Origin: Azolla caroliniana
Taxonomy: Eukaryota; Plantae; Polypodiophyta
Reading direction: 5' to 3'
Assembly (NCBI GenBank): GCA_043228905.1
Contig: JBHGNT010000014.1
Coordinates: forward strand, 19,716,001-19,780,000
Length of the DNA: 64,000 nucleotides
Within the stretch, counting starts at the first letter, position 1; each line of letters starts with the position of its first letter. Positions 24,035 to 35,600 of this stretch are shown here, piece by piece. Under the pieces are notes generated by a model. That model was not told the DNA's origin. It saw only the letters and a program-made list of their open reading frames with translations, and searched no databases. A program made the position numbers and the translations under genes.

Positions 24035-26284
24035 CCTCTGGTTCAGCGAACAAGAGAAGCCAAGGTGGCATCCCCATGCTGATTTTGCATGGGTCCCTGA
24101 TGGGACGACATTCAAGTACCTCAGATTTACGATGGGGAGGGCAATCCCCAAGGGAGCACAATTGTCCAATGTGCAAGCCAAACTAAGCAAGAAGTTGAAC
24201 CTATGGAGCAGGTCTAAACTATCCTTCGTTGGTAGGGTTCTTATTGCGAACCAAGTGATGCTCGCCACCATGTGGCACTCAGTCTCATGCTGGATTATGG
24301 ACCCTTTAGGTTTGCACGCGATTAAGGCTTCCATCAGGGGGTTTATATGGTCAGGTAAGGACAACCCGATGGGTGCCGCCAGAGTGTCATGGCATTGGTT
24401 AACACAACTGCGGGCCAAAGGGGGGCTTGGCCTCATAGACCCCTTAATGCAGAGCCGAGCATTGCTAGCCAAAATGGTGGTTCGATGCCTCCTGCCAGGT
24501 AAGGGGTGTTGGAAGGTTCTACTTCGCAATAGGTTGCAGGTAGGGACTCCCAAGTATGGTAGGCCTTGGCCCGACTCCTTGAATTGGTGTTGCACAAGCG
24601 GAGTCCCACCCAAGATGGCTTGTCTTCTGGAGGAGAGGGTCACGAACTCCATCTTGCGGGCATGGTGTCACGTACGACATCATTTGGTCAAGCACATGTC
24701 GGAGACACTAATCGAGTGGTTTAGACAACCATTATTTTGGAACCCTCAGGTGCGAACAAGTGACGACATGATGATAGGGCAGCTTAAGGGCCTAGCATGG
24801 GGAAAGCTGGCGCAAACAGGACTCCACTCTATAGATGATTGGCGACGCATGGTGGCTTTAGGAGGAGCCCAGGAGGCCCCATTCCCTCCCCTCAAGGGAG
24901 CCATGAAAATGCGGAGATTGATAACTGAGGCAGTTGATAGGGTTTCGATGGGCGAGGTGAGAGAAGATGCTTGGTTCAGTCTCTTTGATGAAGCTGGAAG
25001 GGTTAAGTTGCTAAAGGGCGTGAGCGGATCAGGAAGAGAGACAATTTTTGGGGAGAGTCAGAGTTGGGGCTCTTGGCACCCTATCCGCGTGGTGGTGCAG
25101 GTTGGTAACACCTGGAAGATAGACCCAGATGTTGCTAAGGTGGAACCCCATTGGAAGTTATGGGTATATGGTTGTCAGCCCCTCGTCGAACTAGAATGGG
25201 ATCCAGGGGATTTTAGGTGGAAACATGATGGAAGATTTCACCATTTCTTCGAGTACAACACTAAACTGGGCCAAACTTTTCAACTGCAGCTAGACGGCCC
25301 CTTACGCAATGGCTGGCCTACATTGGGCATCCCTAACGAGGTGCCCATTACCTTTTGGAAGGGTCTTTGGCGTCTCCACATGCCGGAAAAGATAAAGTTT
25401 TTTTGGTGGCAAATCGGTCATAATGTGATTCCCGTTGGCGAATGGCTAGGTAAACGTGGCAGCCCATTAGGCTGCCCACTTTGCCATTCACCTATTGAGA
25501 CTCTGAGGCATTTTTTGTGGGATTGCCCTCAAGCTCAAAAGGTATGGGATAGAGTGACTCGCCTCCATGCGGCATGTGAAGTGGAAGGAACAACATTGTG
25601 GAGTGTTGCGGCATGGCTTGATCACTCCGTTGATAGGTGGACGAGCGCCCTCAATGCGGATAGTCGGTGCTACGTATGCATGAGAGGCAACACCGCCAAG
25701 ATTCGAGTTGAGAGAGGCTTGTAGTCCGCATCCCCTAGGTTCCCAGACATTTGGATGCTGATTGCAGGCTTCACCCTGTGGTATGTATGGAAAACGCGTT
25801 GCCTAAAGGTCTTTCAGGATCTGGTGCAGCCCCCGGAGGAAGTGATAATGGACATATGGTTTACGCTTATCAGCTGCTTACGAGGGCAATTGGACGAGGT
25901 TTGTAGCCATTCCAATGATGTGGTTACTGCCCATTTGCGTTTTTGGCAGAAATGGCGGAACATGCCTATGGTGACCATAGGAAGAAGTGGCCCGAGGTGG
26001 AACTACCAGCGCCCACGCTGGCTGTTTCCGGCTCACTTACCACCCTCCCTTCACCGTCGACCCTAGGAGGTGTCTCGTACTAGCCATCACTGGAGGGCAT
26101 CGTTTGTAGCTATAAGTACTTACATTAAGTAGTCAGTCTGAAAGGCAATGTAACTAGTCTCATTTTCTTGAACCTGATCGGAGGGAGATTCCCTAATCTA
26201 TGTATAAGCCTCCTTGTACAATCTCTTTGTAATAATCCTTCCTAACTAATGGGAAAGTAGCTTCATTTTGGAAAAGAAAAAAAT
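24035..26284 (+). mobile_element. 5'-truncated L1 (LINE-1-like) non-LTR retrotransposon: ORF2 C-terminal half with zf-RVT, 3' UTR and A tail
   Basis: FKYL..WSRSKLSFVGRVLIANQV..FIWSG..VSW..KGGLGL..PEKIKFFWW..CPLC..ETLRHFLWDC..WYVWKTRC are plant L1 ORF2 motifs. One internal stop at 25722. A-rich tail. TSD atatgatatg at 24025-24034 and 26285-26294. Confidence 0.92.
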
Positions 26285-26700
26285 ATATGATATGATGGCC
26301 CTTCTTTGTGCATGCATTGATAAATTATGAGTTAACATAGAGGATGGAGGGTCTAAAGGAGAGAACCAAAACAAAATATATATGTTCTAATACGAAAACT
26401 CAGCCAAAATTTCAAAAACTTCTAGCTATTTATTTAACAAGAAAACAATGTGACAACTTAATAATCCTAAAAAACATGCTAATTTGATTACATTGTTACT
26501 TTAAGAAAAGTCAAAATGCACTAAATCTTGTTTCTCCAACTTAGACAATCTCACGACATAGCATTGAAGAGGTGACATAACATGTTTTGAGACAGTGTAT
26601 TTGGTTCCTACCTATGTTAGGCAAAAGTCTTTGTGCATCAAAGGACCCATGCTTTGAATATTTGAAGTTTACATGTCCAAGGTGTTCCAATTAAATATAT

Positions 26701-27092
26701 TGTAAAGAATCGGGTATGATTCTTGTGTAGCGGAATAGGTGAGAGATGTGCGTTATGTGTGCGTGAGAGAGAGAGAGAGAGATTAGAGGAGAGAAACAAA
26801 AGATAGATTTTTGAGAGACAATAGAATACTCAAGAAGATTTATATTACAAAGGAGATTAATCAACAACATTACAAAGTAGGAGGAGAGTGCTTTATATAG
26901 TCACTCTCTCTCTTCATTAACTACCGAAGCTCATGGGTCATGGGGAATGTTAAACTCATTAGTTATGTGTCTAGAATATGATTCTATGACACATAGTTAA
27001 TGTGTAGATAAGAGTGGTGACTTTTGACCTTTGAGTGCACATTCTCAAGGGTGTGTTCACACACTAGACTAGGTTGAACTTGATTCTCAACA
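26701..27092 (-). repeat. 3' LTR of the Copia element (392 bp)
   Basis: TG...CA termini, directly after the PPT, TATAAA on the - strand near 26895. No second copy in the window. Confidence 0.75.
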
Positions 27093-30000
27093 CGCTCCCT
27101 CAAGCTCAATTTTGGTCGACTAGTTCGGTTGATGTCCGCTTCGGCTCGTATCCGGTTCGGACGGTATCTGACACATCCGACTCGTATTTGGTTCGGATGG
27201 TATCCGGTTTTCTCTTGTACTCCCCCTCAAGCTTGGCAAGTCAAGGACCATCAACCCAAGGTCTGACAGGAATTGTCGAAGCTTGTCGGCTCCTAGGGCT
27301 TTGGTGAAGATGTCAACTGTTTGAAGATTTGTAGACATATGTTGAAGGTCGACATCGCCAACTTGAACATGCTCTCGAATGAAGTGATAGTGCACTTCGA
27401 TATGATTCGTGCGTGCGTGGAACATTGGGTTCTGAGCCAGATAAATACTACTCATGTTGTCGCAGTAAAGGAGAATCGGATCTTTGATGGGAACACCCAG
27501 ATCCTTTAATATCCTCTTGAGCCATGGCTTCACATGCAGCCACCGCTGCGCCCTTGTATTCGGCCTCTGTGCTCGAAAGAGCGACGGTTGGTTGCTTCTT
27601 GCAACTCCAAGAGATGGCTCCACTTCCGAGGGAGAAGACAAAACCAGAGGTTGATTGTGGGTCAGCTTTGTAGCCTGCCCAATCGGCATCTGTGTACCCC
27701 TCGAGTTGAATTGGCGTGGCCGACTTATAGAGAATGCCATAGTCCATCGTTTCGCTCATGTATCGTAGCACTCTCTTAGCACAATCCAAATGGATATCTC
27801 GTGGCGTTTGCATGAACTGGCTAAGAAGGCCGACCGGATAGCTCAGGTCTGGTCGAGTAACCGTGAGGTAGATAAGACTACCGATCAGTTGTCGATATTG
27901 AGTTGGCTCACACTCTGTGGTACCAGAATTGGCATCTAGTTTGAGGTTTCGGTCGAAAGGTGTTGCCACATACTTGCACTCAGTCATCCCGAACTTGTAT
28001 AACAAGTTGAGAATGTAGTGTCGTTGGGAGATCATAAGCCCGACTGGAGTCCAAATTACTTCGATGCCAAGGAAGTAGTGGAGCTCTTTCATGTTCGTCA
28101 TCTCGAATTTGTTGGAAAGGAGGGATTTGACCTTGTTGATGTCGACTAGATGCTCACCTCCAATGACCAGATCATCCACGTACAGGATGATGACGATCAG
28201 ACTTTCGGAATCGCTTCTTACATAGAGAGAATTGTCGGATTTTGACATTCGGAAGCCGATTCGATGAAGATATTGTGTTATCTTTGAGTGCCAAGCACAT
28301 GGTGCTTGCTTAAGGCCGTAGAGAGGCTTCTTGAGTCGGCAGATGGCTTTTAGATGAATGTTGGATTCGAAGCCAGGTGGTTGTACCATGTACACCTCCT
28401 CTTCTAATTCGCCTTGAAGAAAAGTGTTCTTGACATCCATCTGGTGTAGGTGCCACCCTTTCGCTACTGCAAGCGCTATCACGGTTCGCACGGTTGTCAT
28501 CTTTGCCACCGGGGCAAAGGTCTCTTCATAGTCGATGCCTTGTGTTTGTGCGTAGCCCATTACTACGAGTCGAGCTTTGTAGCGGTTGACGGAACCGTCG
28601 GCATTATACTTCACTTTGTATATCCATCTACAACCGATTGCCTTCTTGTGCGGTGCGTGAGGGACGAGATCCCATGTCTCATTCTTGCTGAGAGCTTGCA
28701 TCTCCTTGTTCATCGCTTCGACCCATCGACAATCTTTAGCGGCTTCGGAAAAGCTCTTCGGTTCTCGAACTGTTGCCATTTTCATAATAAAGGCATAGTG
28801 ATATGCCATATAGTCGTTGTAGCCGAATCGGCTAACCAGATTCTTGTCTCGGGTGGAGTGACGGAGTTTCTCATTTGCCGATGTGAGTGCTTTCTCAACT
28901 CGGGGTGACCTCATAAGAGGCACATCAAAGCCATTGAACTCACTATCAAGTGAATGAGTCGATTCGTTGCCATCGAAGTGATCGTCTTCATATTCCGGCA
29001 TTTTGGCTTTCCCTTTGTCCATCTTTGGACTTGGCCGAGATTAGCTTTGGTTGCTCGGAGGCTCTTGTGGTTCGCTCAATCTAGTTGAGATCGGACTTTC
29101 TTCGAGTATTGACCTTAGTTGATCATCGTCTTCTGTGTTGTCGAGGTTGTTCGTAGATGGTTCGAGAGGAGTCGGCTCGGGTTTGTACCATGATGTTGAT
29201 TCGTCAAAGACAAAATCCTGAATTACACGAGTCTTCCGAGTAGAGGGGTTGAAGCACTTGTACCCCTTTTGCTCCTGTGAGTACCCCACGATGATGCACT
29301 TCTCTGATTTTGGGTCAAGCTTCTGCCGCTTCTCATCGGGAATGTGCATGTATGCAATGGAGCCGAATATCCTTACACAGGATAGATCCGACTTCTTTCC
29401 ATAGTATTTCTCGTGGGGGGTGACCTCATGCACTCTGGATGTTGTGCACTGGTTCATGAGGTAGACGACGGTATTTGCAGCTTCTGCCCAATATGACTTG
29501 GGCATATGCTTCTCATTTAGTATGGCCCTTGCTACTTCGAGGATGTGCCAATTCATGCGTTCGGCTACACTATTCTGTTGCGGTGTGTGTCGGTAAGTGA
29601 ATTCTTGCTGAATTCCTTCTTGTCAAAGGTATGCCGTGAACACATCAGAGAAGTATTCCTTTCCTCCGTCTGACCGAAGACATCGTACATGACGCCCAGT
29701 TGTCTTTTCGACTTCGCTTTTGAATTTTTTGAAGTGTGTAAACACTTCGCTCTTCATCCTAATGGGAAAGATCCATGTGTATCTAGAGAAGTCATCGATG
29801 AAGGTAACATAGTACCAACATCCTCCGAACGTAGCCGTCTGTGCCGGTCCCCACACATCCGAGTGGACTACATCCAATAGGCCTTTGCTCACATTCCTCT
29901 CCTTTGGGAACGGGTGTTTATGTTGCTTGCCGAATTGGCATGCTTCACATACTCCTTCAATCTCTTTCTCTTTGAAGGTTGGGAGCCCAATGACGACTCC

Positions 30001-30598
30001 TTTCGATTGCATCACCTTGAGTTTGTTGAGATTGATATGGCTGATTCTTTTATGCCATAGCTCTATGTCAGTGTTGTGTTTGAGGCCCTTTGCAAACATG
30101 GCCGATTTTACCTTGTTCGCTTCGAGGATAAACATTCGGCCTTCCCTTGAACCACAAGCAATTAGTCAGCCTTCCTTCTCGATGAAGCAACCTCCTTGGT
30201 TGAATTGAATTTGCATCCCTTGCTCCACAATTTGGCTGACCGAGACCAAATTCTTCGTTATGGTGGGTACATTTTTTATGCAAGTTTGTTCACCTTCTTT
30301 CCCGAATGGGACATTGCTGACATGCCGAATCGGATGAGTGGTGTCGTCTCCGGTCTCGACATAAACGGGTCAATCCGGCTCTCGAAGGTCTTTGAAACAT
30401 TCTTGATGGGACTTCATATGGTTCGAACCACCGGAGTCAACGAACCATACATCTTCCAGATTGGAGGCATTAGTCGAAGTAGAGGCCGACATAGGATTTG
30501 CTCTATGTCTCATTACAAACATTCCGCCATGATCTCCATGTTAACCGTTCTGCTGGAACACCTTCGATATGCCTACGAGCTATCGGTATCAAGGGAAG
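26701..30598 (-). mobile_element. Ty1/Copia LTR retrotransposon, 3' portion (PR, GAG-pre-integrase, IN, RT, RH, 3' LTR); gag and 5' LTR missing
   Basis: PR WFVDSGGSNHM (~30450), LWHKRISH..CEACQFGK, HSDVWGP, LRSDGGKEY, YKARLV, QMDVKNTFL, YVDDL, YTDADWAG, TNHIEVHYHF. Several stops and frameshifts. PPT agcttgagggagcg abuts TGTTGAG at 27092. Confidence 0.95.
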
Positions 30599-30990
30599 TG
30601 TAATCGTGAAGACTTGTGCACGGGGTGTCGTTAAGGGAAGAACACAGAGAGCATACCCGGAATAGAGTCTGGGTCGTATACGTAGTTGAGACCTTAGAAA
30701 TGATGACACACAGATGAAAACAACAAGAGCTAATAGATATGTATTACTGTAATAGTTAGCGATGTTTACAAAAACCACGACCCATAGTTAGTAGCCTTAC
30801 AAAGCTCCTATATCTATGAAACGACCTCGCCTAGGCTCTGGATATCTCCCCCTACCAAGGTACGCAGACCTCGGTTTATATACTCCTTTTCCTTCATACA
30901 GCGCCGAGCGATCAGCTGACTGTGAGGCTCGAAACTCAGTGTTTTACCTAACTCTCCCTTACCTATTCGCCTTACTTCCGGCGTATTACA
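30599..30990 (-). repeat. Probable 3' LTR of the minus-strand Gypsy (Gypsy A)
   Basis: Inverted termini TGTAAT...ATTACA and a TATATAAA on - near 30878. It lies between the end of the Gypsy A accessory ORF and the broken Copia. Alternative boundaries 30539-31025 (TGTT...AACA) cannot be excluded. Confidence 0.55.
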
Positions 30991-31217
30991 TTTAACTAAT
31001 TTCTATTTTTGGCCTATGGACAACACCTGGCATGCTCGTGGGACAGGACTTTGTCTGTCGGACCCACGGTTCACCATTGATTTAACAAAACCACACGAAT
31101 TACAAAAATTGCCCGTTCCTACGGGGCTTAGAGGTTGGTTTTATTCTTCTTCCAATATGCCGAGGATATCCTCGGGGGCGTGGGGTTGGGCTCGCTGCTC
31201 GGCCAGTGGAGTTGGTG

Positions 31218-31791
31218 ATGGGAGTGGTGCTGCCGGGTTAGGGATGGCGGTGTTGGTGTGTGTGCCCTCCTCTGTTGGGACCAATTCAGGCAGGGTCGGG
31301 GTTATAGTCTGTGGCTCCGGTGGGATGTGGACGTCGGTAGGAGCAGGTTCCTCCGGTCTAGCTGCCGTGGGGAGTGACTCGGTCCCTTGCTCGGTGTTTG
31401 TGGGAGCCTTGTGATTCCCGGTAGCGAGTCGTTCCTCCTCGTACGCTTCGGCTTCTAAACGAAACACCATTAGATCGTCATTGAATTCCTCCAAGAGTTG
31501 CTCAATGGGAGTGGTGCTGCCGGGTTAGGGATGGCGGTGTCGATGTGTGTGCCCTCCTCTGTTGGGACCAATTCAGGCAGGGTCGGGGTTATAATCTGTG
31601 GCTCCGGTGGGATGTGGACGTCGGTAGGAGCAGGTTCCTCCGGTCTAGCTGCCGTGGGGAGTGACTCGGTCCCTTGCTCGGTGTTTGTGGGAGCCTTGTG
31701 ATTCCCGGTAGCGAGTCGTTCCTCCTCGTACGCTTCGGCTTCTAAACGAAACACCATTAGATCGTCATTGAATTCCTCCAAGAGTTGCTCA
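31218..31791. repeat. 287-bp near-perfect tandem duplication inside the Gypsy A accessory ORF (frameshifting)
   Basis: Copies start atgggagtggtgctgccggg at 31218 and 31505. The peptide EEFNDDLMVFRLE..NPAAPLP appears twice in different frames. Confidence 0.92.
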
Positions 31792-32636
31792 ATGGCCGCG
31801 GTGTGGGATGTTGCCAAGCTATGATACTCTTCCGTTAAGTCCTCACGGAGGGTCTGGATGCTGGTGTCATCCATCTTGTAAAACCCTCGGCCCTCCTTTC
31901 GTCAATTCTTGGCATCCGCGCGTAGTATGTGTAGGTCCGCGGCTTGGGCTGACCACTCCTGCCAAACATGGTCAATCATTTCTTTGATCTTCGTGGTGAA
32001 TTGTTGGCAATACTTGTGGATTAGGGTCTTGATTTTGGTATCGTCCATGCCGAAGCTCGCGTAGTGAACTTCCAGTGCCTCCCTTGCGGACTTGACTTCT
32101 GCTTGGCTTTTGCGGGCGAAGAGTGCTAACGTAGCTTGATTATCTTTTGCTTTTTCCATGATGAGCGTGATGGTCTGCTCATAACGGTTGGTGAGCTGAG
32201 CTACAGTTTCGTCCCTTCCCAGTTGCCAAGCGTCCCAGTGTTGTTCTTTGACGATGATGTGCTCGGATTGCAACTGGTGATATGCATCGGAAATTTTTGC
32301 TCGTTGCTCCTCTGAGATCCTCCACTTCTGCATATGTTCGTTGGCCATGTCCTGGAAGGCTCGTTGATGATGGCGTAATTCCTGGTTGTCAACAAAGAGC
32401 TCTTGTTCCCATTGGCTATTCTGCTCGGTTTCTTTGATGAACCATTCCTTAGCCTCAGTGATCGAGACTTGGAGGGTCATCACCTCTCGTTCTCATGCTT
32501 CAAGCGCGACCAACCTTTCAGCAAGCAAGCGCTTGAGGTTCGCTTCGCGGCTTGCGACTTGTTCTCGTTGCTGGCCAAGAATGTTGTTGTGATTCTATTC
32601 GGCCATTTCGGCCAACGTTGTCGTGTGGTTTTTCAC

Positions 32637-35600
32637 ACACGATATGAAAACTAGTAAAATAATTATTTACGATTAACTTAATATATTGATATGGAAAGAT
32701 AGATGTGTTCAAGAGCTTCATAGCATATTTTACTATGCATAAAACGGATAAAGAAGTATTAAGTTATGTGAGTGTGAAGTTTGAAGAAAAGAAAAGAAAA
32801 GACAAAACTGTGAGATATCCCACATAGATAGGACAACATTGGAATCCAGAATATATAAGGGAAACCAAAATATATTCATTCTATCAATGTGTGGAGCATA
32901 GAATGTTCAAGGTGACTTGGGCTACATTGTGTGGTGTGCACGCTTTGGGCATATGCATGTATGCACAATTGTGTTAATGCTTTGGGCGTACGCGGGTGTG
33001 TGCATGGTCGCGTGGATGTTTTTGAATGTACGCGCATGTGTAAGTTTCGAGCGTACGCGTGGACGTTTTGGACGAACGCGTGTGTGCGCACGCGCGCATG
33101 TGTGGATTCTATCAATGTGTGGAGCATAGAATGTTCAAGGTGACTTGGGCTACATTGTGTGGTGTGCACGCTTTGGGCATATGCATGTATGCACAATTGT
33201 GTTAATGCTTTGGGCGTACGCGGGTGTGTGCATGGCCGCGTGGATGTTTTTGAATGTACGCGCATGTGTAAGTTTCGAGCGTACGCGTGGACGTTTTGGA
33301 CGAACGCGTGTGTGCGCACGCGCGCATGTGTGGATTCGTACACTACGGCGCGGTCGAGACTTTTGCGCGCGGATGCGTACACGGTGCGGGTTGGATGCCT
33401 TGGGCGTACGCGCATGTGCATGGCCGCGTGGATGTTTTCGGATGTACGCGTGTGTGCAAGTTTCGGGCGTACGCGTGGACGTTTTGGACGGACGCGTGGA
33501 TGCGTACACTACGACGCGGTCGGGACTTTTGCGCGCGGACGCGTCTACATTTTGGTTGCGACGCACGTACGGATTGCGCATGGGCTAAACTTTATGGATG
33601 ATTGTGTCATTTGGCTGAATTATACAGACAGTCGCATGCAACCAAAAGCCAAGGCGATGCAACTAAAAGTAAAAGGCATGCATCTAAAAATGGAAGCATG
33701 CAACTAAAAGTAGAAGCCATGCAACTAAAAATAGAGGTCATCCAACTAAAAGTGGGCATGCAAAGTAACATTGGGGAGGAGGATCAACAAGGAGCTTGAT
33801 ATATGTCCCATTTTTTCCCTCCTAGTTTTTTTTTCTTCCTTCTTCTTCCCTCTCGGATTCGAGAAACAAATTATCTCACATATTGATATAAACCTCCTAG
33901 CTTTGTTTACTTGAGCTTTCTAGTAAAAAATTATCTCTCGTATTTATATCGGACCACTCCTTGCATGGTTGTTGGCTCCTTTCTTTGAAATATTAATCTC
34001 TCATTTCCATACCCAACCCATTGTAACACGATTCTGAAATTATAAAGAATCAATTTTCTTTTGCAATAAACTAATGATTTGTCTCTTCCACTTGTTTTAT
34101 GCTTAAAACTTGCTTGTGTTGTACATGTTGCACTAAATCCTTCTAGTCCAGAACCCCATCGGTTCCATGTCACGATTCGCACATAGTGACGGATTTTCAC
34201 AACATAATTAAGTGGTGAACCCGACATGAAAGAGGCGGTAGGGAGGATATCAAGTGCAACGATGGCTTCCACAAGCAGAACTCAAGGAGAGGAATTAACG
34301 AAAGGCATGGTGTCCGTAGTGGAATACATGTTGAAGGTGAGAGATCGAGAAGCTTTAATCGACAAAGTTGTTGATCATACGGTCGAGATAGCTGGATGAT
34401 TTGGTGGCAAGAACATCACGGATTTTCTTGCTACCTATCAGAACGAGATGCAACAAAGGGATGTCAATGATCTCAAACAAATTTCTAGCTTCAAATGTGT
34501 GGTGGAACCAAGGATCCGCGAGCGCGTCATGGAGATCCAAAACGAGCATGCAACTTGGGCGGAGTTCGAAAAGGCGCTTCTCGTTGAATACATGCTTGAA
34601 GACGCATCACGGATGACTCGACATACGCTAATGTCTTGGATTGAGAAGAAAGGGAAGAATATGCGTGTGTCTAGAGTATATGTCGAGTTCGACCAAAAGT
34701 ATAACCAACTTCCAAGTGTTGATCAACGAGTTCTCGATGGAGATAAAGTCCTACTATTCCTGAAGGCAGTGGCTGGGAAAGATCGGCGTGAATTGGGTAA
34801 CTTTTTGGAGGATGAAACACAACCAAATGGCTTGGTAGCCGACTGGGCGGCGGTGAAGAAGGCTTGTAGCCGTCTTGATAAGCGTCGAAAATGGCAAGAG
34901 GAAACTAATATGGAGAATCCACAATTGTGGAGGAGGAAGGCGCCTATGATGATCGAGCCTAGCAAGCCGATCAACAATTTCGACAAGAAAGCGATGGAGG
35001 AATCTATAATCGAAGAGCTTTCCAAGAAGTTTGAAGTGGTATCACTGGCCAACTCAGGTCGACGCGGGCCAAAGGGAAAAGAAGCGTATAGGTGTGTGTG
35101 GTGTGACAGCTTCGAGCACTCGTGAAGGGAGTGCACTGACTTGCAAGACGCGATTCGCAAGAATGTCATCTATTTGGACGGCAACATGATTCACTCGAGC
35201 GAGACCCGAAAGCCACTACAAGTGAACTTCGGAAGAGGCGGGCTGAAAAAGATTATGGAAGAGGAAGATGCAAGGCATGTGGAAGCCATGCACTACACCG
35301 CATCGGCGGGAATACGAGTCGGAAGAGAGAATCTAAAGACGATCAAGCCGGGATTTGGGTTTTGGCCAACGGTATTCAAGTGTGAAAAGAAAGGCAAAAT
35401 CAATTTGGAAGACCTCAAACATGCTGATCGGAATGTGCGACGAGTTACCGGATGGTCGGATCAGGTCGACGATAACACAAGCTTTGCGGAGGTTGTGTGT
35501 GACAACTATGAAGCTCTTGTTGAAGAGAAGAGGAAAAGAACCGGTGAAGAAGATGGCACATCAAAGCGTCATAATACGAGGAATGCAGGGAAAGAAGGAC

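Noticed and set aside
32876-33707. Overlapping ORFs on both strands (HARVRTH, CVHGRVD)
   Set aside because: Products of a stop-poor tandem repeat in a retrotransposon UTR.
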